Counted from the first letter of the stretch, positions 36,801-46,439 are shown. The stretch: 64,000 bases of DNA from Holophagaceae bacterium (GCA_025361125.1 JANYBM010000103.1:15394-79393); one strand, 5' to 3'. Notes: generated from the sequence alone by a model not told the origin. Program-made: numbers and translations.

Positions 36801-37393
36801 GCTTCCTCCGGCGCGGCGGATTCGGATTTCGGAGTTATGCCGGAATGCCTGAAGGCGCGGAGGCTGACGCTCAGTCGGGCGCCTTCGGGACTTTCTTCAA
36901 GCCTCGCCGAGCCGACGGCAAAAGGTAGTCCGCTGCCCTCGATGGCCAACATGAAAGGCTTCATGGAGGGATAGATTCCCAACACCGTGAATTCCACATC
37001 AATGGATTCCAGATCGGTGCCCTTGGCGCCTTCGCGGCTTGGCAGGCCGTACTTCACCGTCTGCAGGCGAACACCATAGTCCCGGGCTTTTTCATACAGC
37101 AGTCGGCTGAGCTCCCACTGGAGTTGGCCCACATTGCCTGAAGGCATTTTTTTCTCAAGGTCATCGAGATGCTTCTGATCAAGTGCCAGCCGGTCCACCA
37201 GTCCTTGCCGTTCGACCAATTCCGAGATCTGGACGGAGAGCAGGGCCTTAGCAGCCTTTCTGGCCTTCTCCTGTTCATCGCGTCTGCGGGAGGCATCCGG
37301 GAGGACGAACAGGGCGACTCCAAGGGCGGCGAGTAGCAGTACGCCCCCCACGGTGGCACGCACAGAACTTTTGCGCAGGGTTGTGGTGCTCAT
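36797..37393 (-). CDS. PilO/GspM-like inner-membrane alignment protein
   Basis: N-terminal TM segment, a coiled-coil stretch, and a ferredoxin-like C-terminus (...IDVEFTVLGIYPSMKPFMLAIEGSGLPFAV...). 4-nt overlaps on both sides. Confidence 0.5.
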   Translation of the reverse strand: MSTTTLRKSSVRATVGGVLLLAALGVALFVLPDASRRRDEQEKARKAAKALLSVQISELVERQGLVDRLALDQKHLDDLEKKMPSGNVGQLQWELSRLLYEKARDYGVRLQTVKYGLPSREGAKGTDLESIDVEFTVLGIYPSMKPFMLAIEGSGLPFAVGSARLEESPEGARLSVSLRAFRHSGITPKSESAAPEEA

Positions 37394-38295
37394 GGGCGGC
37401 CTCCGCTATCGCTCTGGCGATTGCTGTCGCTCTGGCCGTTGCTGTTGTCCCTACCGTTGCCGTTGTCCTGACCATTGCGGTTTCTGCGGTTCGGGGGAGG
37501 CCCATTCTGGTTGTCATTCTGCCGGGATGGAACGGCCCGACTGGGGCGCCCAGGAGACCGGGCATCCGGTCGCTGCGTGATGGGCATTCCAGGCTGTTGC
37601 TGAGGTGGAGTTGGCATCGGTTGTGGATAGCTTTGAATGGGTGGATTGACCTTGACACCAGCGCTCACTGGCAGGGCTGGCGACCAGGCCTTGCCTTTCT
37701 CCGGAGGCGGGAAGGGCAGGTAGGGTGAAGGCACCGATACGACCGGCAGGAATAGCTCGAAATCCACACCACCACCTGTCCGTTCAGCTTCCCGTTCCAG
37801 GATTACCTGCTGGAAAAGATCATTCTTCTGAAGCGAAGCCACGAATTTTTCTTCAGCTTCGCGGGTCCTGGCCTCACCCTTCATTTTCAGAGCCACACGT
37901 TGATCGGATCCGCGCATTTTCTGGATGGACTTCATCCGCACGTCCTGCACCAGGCTTCGTTCCAATTCGGCCGTGAGCCGGGACCAGGGCAAGGTGCGCT
38001 CGGTGAAGATACGCTCCGCCAGTTTCCAACGGGGCAATTCTTTCGTGACGTCCAGTGAGCGCAATTGCTCGACGAGTTTGTCCTGCTTCCGGGCATATTT
38101 CTGGGCATCCTGGCTGATGAGAATGGCCTGTGCGCCAGCATTTCTGGCCTGGTTGGCACGGAAAGCCCAGGTGGCCAAGGCACCAAGGAGACACACAACG
38201 CCCAGAGCGATAGCGCTCCAGCCAAGGATTTCGTGGTTCCGCCGCCAAATCGTCGGCTGGGGCGCCAGATTGAGTTTGAGAACCGGGATGGGCAT
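37390..38295 (-). CDS. PilN-like fimbrial assembly protein with N/Q/P-rich C-terminal tail
   Basis: The internal ATG at 38295 (MPIPVLKLNLAPQP...) shares 1 nt with the upstream stop (TGATG). LNLAP resembles the conserved PilN INLLP N-terminal peptide. A TM helix, a coiled coil and a ~110-aa low-complexity tail follow. Confidence 0.55.
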   Translation of the reverse strand: MPIPVLKLNLAPQPTIWRRNHEILGWSAIALGVVCLLGALATWAFRANQARNAGAQAILISQDAQKYARKQDKLVEQLRSLDVTKELPRWKLAERIFTERTLPWSRLTAELERSLVQDVRMKSIQKMRGSDQRVALKMKGEARTREAEEKFVASLQKNDLFQQVILEREAERTGGGVDFELFLPVVSVPSPYLPFPPPEKGKAWSPALPVSAGVKVNPPIQSYPQPMPTPPQQQPGMPITQRPDARSPGRPSRAVPSRQNDNQNGPPPNRRNRNGQDNGNGRDNSNGQSDSNRQSDSGGRP

Positions 38296-39035
38296 CAGAG
38301 GGCCTCGCTCACGGGTATCTCGGGCTGAATCATGTGAAGGGGAATCGAGGTCGGAGGGAAATTCGGCGCTCCCCAAACCCAGATTTCCTGTGGAGATCGG
38401 TTTTCCCGCTGCAAGAATGCGGCGGAGGGGAGAATGCGATCGGTGACCCAGGTATCTGGATCCACGGGATCACTCCACTGGCGCAACAGCGATAAACCTC
38501 GACCCCAGGCCGCCAGGGTGCCCGTGAATTTCCCTCCCGCTGCCGGGCACAACGAAAGTAGCATTCCGGGCATCGTGCGGCTGGGTGCCAGGCGGTTGTA
38601 CAGCCACAGCCAGCGCGGCAACAATACATGCACTGTTCGGCCCATCTTCAGCCCCAGTTGAACCCAGGCATCACGCTGGACTTCGGGCATGCCCGACAAT
38701 AACCAAGCCCCCTCTTCAAGCGGCACGGCCTGCACGGCGTGAGGGATCTCTGAAGCCATGGCTTGATTGAAACGCCAGCGAAAAAAGGCATCTATGGCTT
38801 CAGATCCTTGAGGCAGTTCCACGATGTCCCGAATCAGTACTGACGGTGCCATCAGATCATCCACGATCCATTGAGTGGGGCCGAGGGGCATTTTGGTGAG
38901 GGCCTGGGCCAGATCGTCTTCGTTGGGAAGTCCATCAGCAGAGTTGATGGTCCGGTCGCCGCTCTCGATGTGGATGCGATGAGGCTCAATCCATATGACC
39001 GTGGCGTTCTTGGCCCCGAATGAAAACAAACTCAT
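38295..39035 (-). CDS. Hypothetical cytoplasmic protein at the PilM/GspL position
   Basis: 246-aa ORF, translationally coupled on both sides. I could not find actin-like ATPase phosphate motifs. Any function is assigned only from operon position. Confidence 0.35.
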   Translation of the reverse strand: MSLFSFGAKNATVIWIEPHRIHIESGDRTINSADGLPNEDDLAQALTKMPLGPTQWIVDDLMAPSVLIRDIVELPQGSEAIDAFFRWRFNQAMASEIPHAVQAVPLEEGAWLLSGMPEVQRDAWVQLGLKMGRTVHVLLPRWLWLYNRLAPSRTMPGMLLSLCPAAGGKFTGTLAAWGRGLSLLRQWSDPVDPDTWVTDRILPSAAFLQRENRSPQEIWVWGAPNFPPTSIPLHMIQPEIPVSEAL

Positions 39036-39253
39036 TTAGCTTTCTCCTGATTGATCTCATCCTGCTTTGTCTTTAGGACCTTTGCGAACCGGCGCTGAGC
39101 CCGATTCTGCCCGTGATACCAGCCCCAGCAGAAAATCATGGCGGCGCTGAAGGCATGGAGCCACCACCAGCCACTCATGGGATACCGCATGGAATCAGGC
39201 AAGGGGGGCACGAGATCTCCGGTGGGAATGAGGAAACAGTGGTTTGAGGGCAA
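39032..39253 (-). CDS. Small membrane protein, first gene of the secretin operon
   Basis: One Trp-rich TM segment (MSGWWWLHAFSAAMIFCWGWY), then a basic tail. The stop overlaps the next start by 4 nt. The real start may be the internal ATG at 39190 or 39178. Confidence 0.4.
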   Translation of the reverse strand: MPSNHCFLIPTGDLVPPLPDSMRYPMSGWWWLHAFSAAMIFCWGWYHGQNRAQRRFAKVLKTKQDEINQEKAK

Positions 39254-39500
39254 AGGTCTAGTCTATCGCCCGAAGGCTGGAAGCCCAAGCGCGGATGGGG
39301 TTCAGGAGAGCAGTGCAGAGGTGGGTTGGTTGAATGGGGCGGGTAGGGTGTTCCTGAGTGGTGTTGGAAGCTATCGGATCATTCCAATGCAAGACCAACG
39401 CCTGCATCGTTTCAAGCATGGCCCCTTTTGGGCGCGGGCTGAACATGGTATGGAGTAAACGGGGCGGAAGTTCCGCCAACGACCCAGGAGTGTCCCGGTT

Positions 39501-42500
39501 TTGCGTCTGCTAGCTCTCGAATTGAATGGTTTCAAATCCTTCGCGGATCCCCAGAAGCTTACGTTTCCTGGAGGAATGACCGCGGTGGTGGGTCCCAATG
39601 GCTGTGGTAAATCGAACATCACCGATGCGCTGGCTTGGGTGCTGGGTGAGCAGCGGGTCAGCCTTTTACGGGGCGCGGAGATGTCCGACGTCATTTTTTC
39701 AGGGACCTCGGACCGCCGTGCCACAGGCATGGCAGAGGTCAAACTGTCACTTGAGATGGCCGATCCCGCGCTGCCGGGAGCCACCAAGGAAATGGTGATT
39801 TCACGCCGCCTGTACCGGGACCAGGGCTCCGAGTATCGGGTCAATGGGCGCGAGACAAGGTTGAAGGACGTGCAGGACCTGCTCATGGATACAGGCATGG
39901 GAACCCGTGCCTACTCCTTCATCCAGCAAGGGCAAATTGATCTGATTCTTTCAACCAAACCCAAAGATCGCCGCATTTTATTGGAGGAGGCCGCCGGTAT
40001 CACGAGGTACAAACTTCGCCGCACCGAAGCGGAGCGGCGCCTGGTGGAGACCAAAGCCAACCTGGAGCGGTTGCAGGACATCCTATTTGAACTCAACAAG
40101 CAGTTGGATAGTCTGCGGCGTCAAGCCGTCAAGGCCAAACGGGCCGAAGAACTGGACTACACGATCAAAGCCACCCAGCGTGTGTTGCTTTCTTCCAAAA
40201 CCGAAGAATTCCAGGTGCTGAAGTCGAGGTTGACTGATACGCGAGACCACCTCGAACGGCAGGTGGCCCAACTTACCGTGCAGGTATCAGAAAAAGCGGC
40301 GGAAGTGGGAGCCCAGCGCTTGTTGGTGGACGAGGTCCAGCGCAGCCTCGATCGAGGTCAGCGCACGGTCATGGCCCTGGATCAGCGGTTAAGTTTCATC
40401 GAACAGGAAACGGGGTTTGAAGAAAGTCGGGTAGCCGAAGCCACGGGGCTGGCGGAGCGCATGGAGAGCCGACATCAGGAGCTGGTGCTGCGCGTCACCA
40501 CCCTTACCGCAGAAATCATCGCGATGCAGGCCAAGGAAGGCGAAGCTGCACTCCTGCTGGCAGGTCGGGAAGCCGCCTTCAGCGATGCGGAGGAATCGGT
40601 CGTGTTGGCCGGCGGGGCTCTGCGTCGAACCGAGGCGGATTTGAAGGACTTGCGCCATAAAAGAGCCGAAGCCAAGGCATCCATTCAGGCCCATCACAAA
40701 CAGAAACTGGAAGTCCAAGGTCTGATTGCCCAACTGGAGGGGCGATTGGAAAGTCTCAATCATGAAGAGGCTGTTCGAGCACCTCGGCTGGATAGCCTGC
40801 GGGCTGAATCCCTCCGCTTGGACAAGGAACTGGAAGGCAGTGCGGAACGTCTGGAGGCCGTCGAGGAGGCCCTGCGGGTGCAACGCAATGAAGCGCGCGA
40901 AAAGCAGGAATCCATTCGAATGGCGGCCAAAGTGCTGCGAGAAGCTGAGGGCCGCCTCGAAGCTGCCGAGCGTCGCATCAGCCAGACCTCGGACCTACTG
41001 CAACAAGCCAGCGGGTCTGTGGAGATCAAGAAAGGACTCGCCTGGCTGCGGGGGCGGGGTTTCCAGATTCGTAGTCTCGCCGAATGCATTGAGGTGGATG
41101 AAGAACATCGTCCGGATCTGGAGCGTTTATTAGGCTCTTGGATCCAGGCGATCGCCGTGGATCCAGCGACCATGGTCGGCACAGCCGAGGCGCCTGGTCA
41201 GCTGTGGATGGAAGCAGCAACCCATTCCGAACCACAACCCCTTCCTGAAAATTGCAAGGCATTGAAAATTGGCATCACCTGGAAAAAGGGCGCGCCGCGC
41301 ATGTTTGAAGGCCTTGTCCAGCGTTCCTATCGCTGTGCTGATACGGATTTGCCGGGGCTGGCCATCCAGCATCCTGAGCTCGCCTTTGTATCCCCACATT
41401 TTGTAAAAACACCCTTTGGCCCGGTGCAGCTTGGCGCTGATGCACCCGCCGCATCGCCCTTAAAACTTCAATCCGAATTGGACTCGGCGAGGAAGGAACG
41501 CGAGACCCTGCTGAATGAAACCGAGGCTACCGAGGAAGGCCTCAAGCGGCTGCAAGAGGATATTTCAGCGTCCCTGATGCGCCTCGAAGCAATGGAAGAG
41601 GACTATCGGGAAGGTCGCCAGCGCATTGAGTCATTGAAGGGTCAGCTCGCATCAGCGAACGGACAGCTTGGTGAAATCAAAGAATCCGCTGAACGGGCGG
41701 ATGCGTTGTGGGACCAGTTGGAACAGGAGATCAAGACCCATCAGCACCGACTTCGCGTTCTGGAAGAAGCCCCTCACGAGGCCGAAGACGCGGCGCTCGA
41801 AGAAGCGATCCGAACTGGAGAAGCCAAGGTACACGAAGCTCAAAGCGTGCTGGACCAGCATCGCGAAGTCCGCATGGAAGTCGCCCGACTGCGCGACGCT
41901 TCCTGGGCCGAACGGGATGCCATGCAGCGACAAATCCAACTCCAACAGCGAGGTCTGTTCGATGTGGAAGCTGAATTGAAGCGCCTGGAAATGGATCTTT
42001 CCGAATCGGAGGGGAAGCGAGTGGAGGCCTCGAAGCATATCCAGGAACTGGAAACTGAAGCCCAGGGGAAACTGAAGGAACGCCAGGCTGCGGTGGAGGT
42101 GCTGGCAGAATTGCAGCCGCGAATGGAGGCTGAAGCCGAGGCCCTTCGGGTGCAGGAACGTGCCGCCCGTGACTTTCAGGAAGCCCTGGAAAATGCCCGG
42201 CAATTACATCATGAAAACCAGGTTGCCGCGGCGCAGGTCCAGGGTGGTGTGGATGCCCTGGCCAAGGAAGTTGAACTAGCCTTGGGCCTTGAAGTACCAG
42301 CTTTCATGGCCTCGGTGACCGGGGAGGAACGCGCAGCCTGGGAATTGGGTGAACTGGTGCATCAGACCCGACTTAATGAAGCCCAAAGCAAGCGCTTGGA
42401 TCTTGGCGGTGTAAACCCTTTGGCGATCCATGAACTGGCGGAGGCCGAGGAGCGGCTAGCCTTCATGCAGCAGCAGCAGGGTGATGTCCTGGAGGCCATC

Positions 42501-43013
42501 GGCAACCTGGAATCCACGATTTCGGAAATCAATGCCACCTCTGAGGAACGGTTTCGCGAAGCCTTCGATTTCATCAACGCGCGTTTTTCGGAAGTCTTCA
42601 AAGAGACTTTTGGTGGGGGTAGTGCCCACTTGTCGCTGGATGACCCCAAAGACTTGCTGGAGTGCGGCATCGAAATCACCGCCCAGCCCCCGGGCAAAAG
42701 CGCCAAGGCTTTGACGCTGCTCAGTGGCGGGGAAAAAGCACTGACTGCCATCTCTCTGCTTTTTGCGATCTTCCACTTCAAACCCTCTCCATTTTGTGTG
42801 CTGGATGAGGTCGATGCGCCCCTGGATGAAGCGAATGTGAGCCGTTTTGCCGCGCTGGTGCAAAAGATGAAAGCCGACACGCAGTTTATCGTCATCACCC
42901 ACCAGAAACCCACCATGGTTGCTGCAGACACGCTCTATGGCGTGACCATGCAGGAGAAGGGTATTTCAAAACTCGTCAGCGTACAGTTGCGCGAAGCCGA
43001 GCAGCTGGTGTGA
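39501..43013 (+). CDS. smc: Chromosome segregation protein SMC
   Basis: MRLLALELNGFKSFADPQKLTFPGGMTAVVGPNGCGKSNITDAL (Walker A), long coiled coils, a hinge, and the C-terminal LSGGEKALTAISLLFAIF...CVLDEVDAPLD. 1170 aa with a TTG start. Confidence 0.95.
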   Translation: MRLLALELNGFKSFADPQKLTFPGGMTAVVGPNGCGKSNITDALAWVLGEQRVSLLRGAEMSDVIFSGTSDRRATGMAEVKLSLEMADPALPGATKEMVISRRLYRDQGSEYRVNGRETRLKDVQDLLMDTGMGTRAYSFIQQGQIDLILSTKPKDRRILLEEAAGITRYKLRRTEAERRLVETKANLERLQDILFELNKQLDSLRRQAVKAKRAEELDYTIKATQRVLLSSKTEEFQVLKSRLTDTRDHLERQVAQLTVQVSEKAAEVGAQRLLVDEVQRSLDRGQRTVMALDQRLSFIEQETGFEESRVAEATGLAERMESRHQELVLRVTTLTAEIIAMQAKEGEAALLLAGREAAFSDAEESVVLAGGALRRTEADLKDLRHKRAEAKASIQAHHKQKLEVQGLIAQLEGRLESLNHEEAVRAPRLDSLRAESLRLDKELEGSAERLEAVEEALRVQRNEAREKQESIRMAAKVLREAEGRLEAAERRISQTSDLLQQASGSVEIKKGLAWLRGRGFQIRSLAECIEVDEEHRPDLERLLGSWIQAIAVDPATMVGTAEAPGQLWMEAATHSEPQPLPENCKALKIGITWKKGAPRMFEGLVQRSYRCADTDLPGLAIQHPELAFVSPHFVKTPFGPVQLGADAPAASPLKLQSELDSARKERETLLNETEATEEGLKRLQEDISASLMRLEAMEEDYREGRQRIESLKGQLASANGQLGEIKESAERADALWDQLEQEIKTHQHRLRVLEEAPHEAEDAALEEAIRTGEAKVHEAQSVLDQHREVRMEVARLRDASWAERDAMQRQIQLQQRGLFDVEAELKRLEMDLSESEGKRVEASKHIQELETEAQGKLKERQAAVEVLAELQPRMEAEAEALRVQERAARDFQEALENARQLHHENQVAAAQVQGGVDALAKEVELALGLEVPAFMASVTGEERAAWELGELVHQTRLNEAQSKRLDLGGVNPLAIHELAEAEERLAFMQQQQGDVLEAIGNLESTISEINATSEERFREAFDFINARFSEVFKETFGGGSAHLSLDDPKDLLECGIEITAQPPGKSAKALTLLSGGEKALTAISLLFAIFHFKPSPFCVLDEVDAPLDEANVSRFAALVQKMKADTQFIVITHQKPTMVAADTLYGVTMQEKGISKLVSVQLREAEQLV

Positions 43014-43068
43014 TTGGCGGTTGGCTCATAGCCCACCGCCATAGCCCATCATCTGCTAGCCTGACCCC

Positions 43069-43881
43069 ATGAATCTGGTGGATTGGGACCTCGGCAATGT
43101 GTCGCACGGAATCACTTGGGGCGGTGTTGACGAAGCGGGGCGAGGGGCTTGGGCCGGGCCGGTGGTGGCGGCTTGCGTGGTCCTGGATCACTCGACCATC
43201 CGGAAATGGCGGCACGTATTGGAGGATGTTCGGGATAGCAAACAGCTGAAGCCTGCGCGGCGGGAAGCCTTGGCCTCAGAATTGAAATCACTGCTACCGG
43301 CTTATGCCGTTGGAGAAGTGGACAATCTCGGCATTGATCGGGAAAACATCCTGGAAGCCACCTTCATGGCCATGCGCGGCGCCGTGTCCCAACTCGTGAC
43401 GAAACCCCGCATCCTATTCGTGGATGGGGACCAGGCCCCCAAAACCGGGCTTCCTGAACGGCTGCTGGTGGAGGGGGACGCCACTAGTTGCGCCGTGGCC
43501 TGTGCCAGCATCCTGGCCAAAACCCATCGTGACGAAATCATGCGGCACATGGATGACCACTACGAGGGCTACGATTTCGGGCGACACAAGGGTTATGGTA
43601 CCGCCAGGCACCGTGAAGCCTTGCGTTCGCTCGGGGCATGCGCCATCCATCGCATCAGCTTCGCGCCCGTCATTTCAGCTCAAAAAACCCTGGAACACGT
43701 CCGCGATGAATTGCGCCAGAGTCTTGAAAAATGCGACTCGGTACTGGAGTTGCATGCATGGGTGGAGGTTCATCTACGACCGGCCTACGGGGCCTTGAAA
43801 CTTGTATGGGTGGAGACCCTTCGACGCCGTTACGCCACCTTGCTGACCCGGATGGTGGCTGGGGAAGAGGGCCTTCGATGA
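43069..43881 (+). CDS. rnhB: Ribonuclease HII with ~60-aa C-terminal extension
   Basis: GVDEAGRGAWAGPVVAACVVL, DSKQL and ASILAKTHRDEIM are RNase HII motifs. Confidence 0.85.
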   Translation: MNLVDWDLGNVSHGITWGGVDEAGRGAWAGPVVAACVVLDHSTIRKWRHVLEDVRDSKQLKPARREALASELKSLLPAYAVGEVDNLGIDRENILEATFMAMRGAVSQLVTKPRILFVDGDQAPKTGLPERLLVEGDATSCAVACASILAKTHRDEIMRHMDDHYEGYDFGRHKGYGTARHREALRSLGACAIHRISFAPVISAQKTLEHVRDELRQSLEKCDSVLELHAWVEVHLRPAYGALKLVWVETLRRRYATLLTRMVAGEEGLR

Positions 43882-44294
43882 ACGTTATTCCAGTCGTACT
43901 GGGCCTTGTGCAACAGAATGAGCGCTGGTTTCTCCAGCGCCGGGATCCTGACAATGCGGTGCTACCTGGACGGTGGGAATTTCCAGGCGGAAAGGTTCAC
44001 CGGGGAGAAGCTGTTGCAGACGCGCTGCGCCGGGAATTGCAGGAAGAATTGGGTTGGAAACCAGCATCGGTCACTGCCCTCGAAGCTGTGGAGCATCGTT
44101 ACGTTGATCGCACCGTGCGCCTTCACCCCTTTTTCTGCGAAGGCGCCTTTGAACTCCGAACGAGTCTTTCCTGGGGCTGGTTCACCTTGGATGAAATACT
44201 TGGCCTTCCCACCCCAGAAGCCAACAGATCACTGTTGAAGAGCATGGCGACTGAATCCACTCCCAGCCCTGAAATCCAACGTGTGAGAAACTAG
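43878..44294 (+). CDS. mutT: NUDIX hydrolase, MutT-like (8-oxo-dGTP diphosphatase family)
   Basis: The internal ATG at 43878 overlaps the rnhB stop (ATGA). Nudix box GGKVHRGEAVADALRRELQEELG; WEFPGG precedes it. Confidence 0.7.
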   Translation: MNVIPVVLGLVQQNERWFLQRRDPDNAVLPGRWEFPGGKVHRGEAVADALRRELQEELGWKPASVTALEAVEHRYVDRTVRLHPFFCEGAFELRTSLSWGWFTLDEILGLPTPEANRSLLKSMATESTPSPEIQRVRN

Positions 44295-44331
44295 TTTGTT
44301 AATCTATGCACACCAAACATATGGAGTTCAT

Positions 44332-45693
44332 GTGCGTCGAACACTGAAGGGGATTTTGTTACTGGCCAGCGCGCTTGGCTTCCTCGGGCCGTGGGCCAGG
44401 GCCCAATCCAAACCTGTGAGCAAGGTAGTACCGCCCAAATCCGGGACCCAAACCGAAGTGACCGTGGATGCGCGCCAAGGGAAATTAGGGTTGGGCTTGC
44501 CTGATCCCATAGTGGCGGGCCTGGATGCTGCCAGCGTCACTTCCAATTTCACCGAGGTATTGCGCAGGGATCTCGAAGATGCGGGTCCATTCGCGCTCTT
44601 GAAGGATAAGCTGCCCCTAAGTGTGGCTGTTGCCACCGTGAAACCCTGGCTTGATGCAGGGGCTGAGTGGGTGCTTGCATTGAAGGTCACGAAGAATGGT
44701 GAAGCTGTAACTGTTGCGCTGCAGGTGATGGATGTGAAGGCGACGACGCAGGGAGATGGCAAGCAGCTTCGCTATGCGTTCAGCAAGAACTACACAGGAA
44801 ATGCAACCCTGCTGCGCCGCATCGCTCACACTTTGGCGGATGATCTGGTGGATCGGCTTACGGGCGATCGAGGAATTGCCAACACCCGAATCGTATTTGT
44901 GAGACAGATGGCGCCTGGTATCAAGGAGCTTTTCCAAGTTGATCGGGATGGTGCGAATCCCATTGAAATCACCCGGTATGGAAGTTTGACCCTGTCCCCC
45001 ACGGTGGCGCCGGATGGCCGACTGGCCTATGTCACCTACAAAGGCGGATCGCCAGAAATATGGGGCCAACGGAAGCCGGGCGGTGCCCATGAACGTCTCT
45101 ACCCCAATGCGGCTGCCGGAACGCAAGGAAGCTGTTACGCGCCGGTCTGGTCCCCCGATGGGAAGCGATTGGCTTTTTCCCAGAGCGATCGGCGCGGGAA
45201 CAGCGACATCATGGTGTTGGATTCGCAATCGGGCCGTGTCCGCAAGTTGACCGATGGCGGCTTCATCAATACGTCTCCTAGTTGGAATCCAGCCGGTACC
45301 CAGATTGCCTTTACCTCTGATCGTGAAGGGGGCCCCCAGATCTACCTGATGGAAGAGGACGGTTCCAATGTGCGCCGTCTTACCCTCGAAGGCAGCTACA
45401 ACGAAAGCCCCGCGTGGAGCCCAAACGGCGCCATGATCGCTTATGTTTCCCGTTTCGAAGGTAAATTCGATCTTTTCATCTTCAAACTTGGGGAAGGCAA
45501 GGCCTATCAGATCACCACGGGCGTGGCTTCCAGCGAGTCACCAGCATGGTCTCCCGATGAGCGCCGACTGGTTTTCTCCAGCAATCGGGGTGGTAGCATG
45601 CAGATCTGGACCACGGACCTTTCCGGTAATTCCGTTAAACGCCTCAATGAGTTCACACTCTGCCAAAGCGCGAAATGGACCAGGAGTCGTTAA
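44332..45693 (+). CDS. tolB: Tol-Pal system beta-propeller protein TolB
   Basis: Signal peptide, then repeated ...P.WSPDG..LAF/IAY... blades (PVWSPDGKRLAF, PSWNPAGTQIAF, PAWSPNGAMIAY, PAWSPDERRLVF). GTG start at 44332, preceded by GGAG. Confidence 0.85.
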   Translation: MRRTLKGILLLASALGFLGPWARAQSKPVSKVVPPKSGTQTEVTVDARQGKLGLGLPDPIVAGLDAASVTSNFTEVLRRDLEDAGPFALLKDKLPLSVAVATVKPWLDAGAEWVLALKVTKNGEAVTVALQVMDVKATTQGDGKQLRYAFSKNYTGNATLLRRIAHTLADDLVDRLTGDRGIANTRIVFVRQMAPGIKELFQVDRDGANPIEITRYGSLTLSPTVAPDGRLAYVTYKGGSPEIWGQRKPGGAHERLYPNAAAGTQGSCYAPVWSPDGKRLAFSQSDRRGNSDIMVLDSQSGRVRKLTDGGFINTSPSWNPAGTQIAFTSDREGGPQIYLMEEDGSNVRRLTLEGSYNESPAWSPNGAMIAYVSRFEGKFDLFIFKLGEGKAYQITTGVASSESPAWSPDERRLVFSSNRGGSMQIWTTDLSGNSVKRLNEFTLCQSAKWTRSR

Positions 45694-45819
45694 AGGGTGT
45701 TCATCCAATTGTCTCGCAAGGACGCTTTTCTGATAATTGATGCAGATTTCTCTCGCCCTTCCAATCCGGCTTGCTAAGCTAAATCGGAATTTCAAAGGGC
45801 CCTCTTGGAGGTAGTTGTC

Positions 45820-46368
45820 ATGCGATCGGTTCGAACCCTTTTCGTCCTTGGCTCATCGCTGGGGCTGGTCACGATGCTGGCCTGCAAAAAGCCTGAGCCC
45901 ACTCCCGAACCACCCGCACCCACTGTCACCAAATTAGAACCGCCCCCGCCTGAAGTTAAAACAACTCCGGTGGACTCCACCAAACCCGTGGACATGAGCG
46001 CCGCAAAATACGCGGAATTCCAGAAGGCCGCGAGCGCGGCGCTCAAAGATATCAATTTTGATTTCGACAAATCTGATATTCGCGACACGGACAAGCCGAA
46101 ACTCCAGGCGATCGCATCCTTCATGAAATCTTTCGCATCGGCCCACATCATGATCGAGGGCCACTGCGATGAGCGGGGTACCGTGGAGTACAACTTGGCC
46201 CTGGGTGATCGTCGAGCCGTCGCTGCCCAGAATTATTTATCAGGTCTTGGCGTCAACCGCGACCGCATGGGCACCATCAGCTATGGCAAAGAGAAACTCA
46301 AAGTCACGGGTCAAAACGAGGAAAGTTTCCTTATCAATCGTCGTGACGAGTTCAAGCTTCAGAATTAG
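45820..46368 (+). CDS. pal: Peptidoglycan-associated lipoprotein Pal (OmpA family)
   Basis: Lipobox VTMLAC and OmpA-like domain NFDFDKSDIR...IEGHCDERGTVEYNLALGDRRA. GGAGG lies 8 nt upstream of ATG 45820. Confidence 0.9.
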   Translation: MRSVRTLFVLGSSLGLVTMLACKKPEPTPEPPAPTVTKLEPPPPEVKTTPVDSTKPVDMSAAKYAEFQKAASAALKDINFDFDKSDIRDTDKPKLQAIASFMKSFASAHIMIEGHCDERGTVEYNLALGDRRAVAAQNYLSGLGVNRDRMGTISYGKEKLKVTGQNEESFLINRRDEFKLQN

Positions 46369-46439
46369 GCTCTCTCGAACATCTCAAGGTCACGGGGGGC
46401 GTCAAGATGTCCCCCGTTCTTTTTTAACTTGGAGGTTCC

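Noticed and set aside
39371-39898. 175-aa minus-strand ORF overlapping the 5' end of smc
   Set aside because: It is antisense to the smc Walker A region. The smc frame is strongly supported and this frame has no recognisable features.
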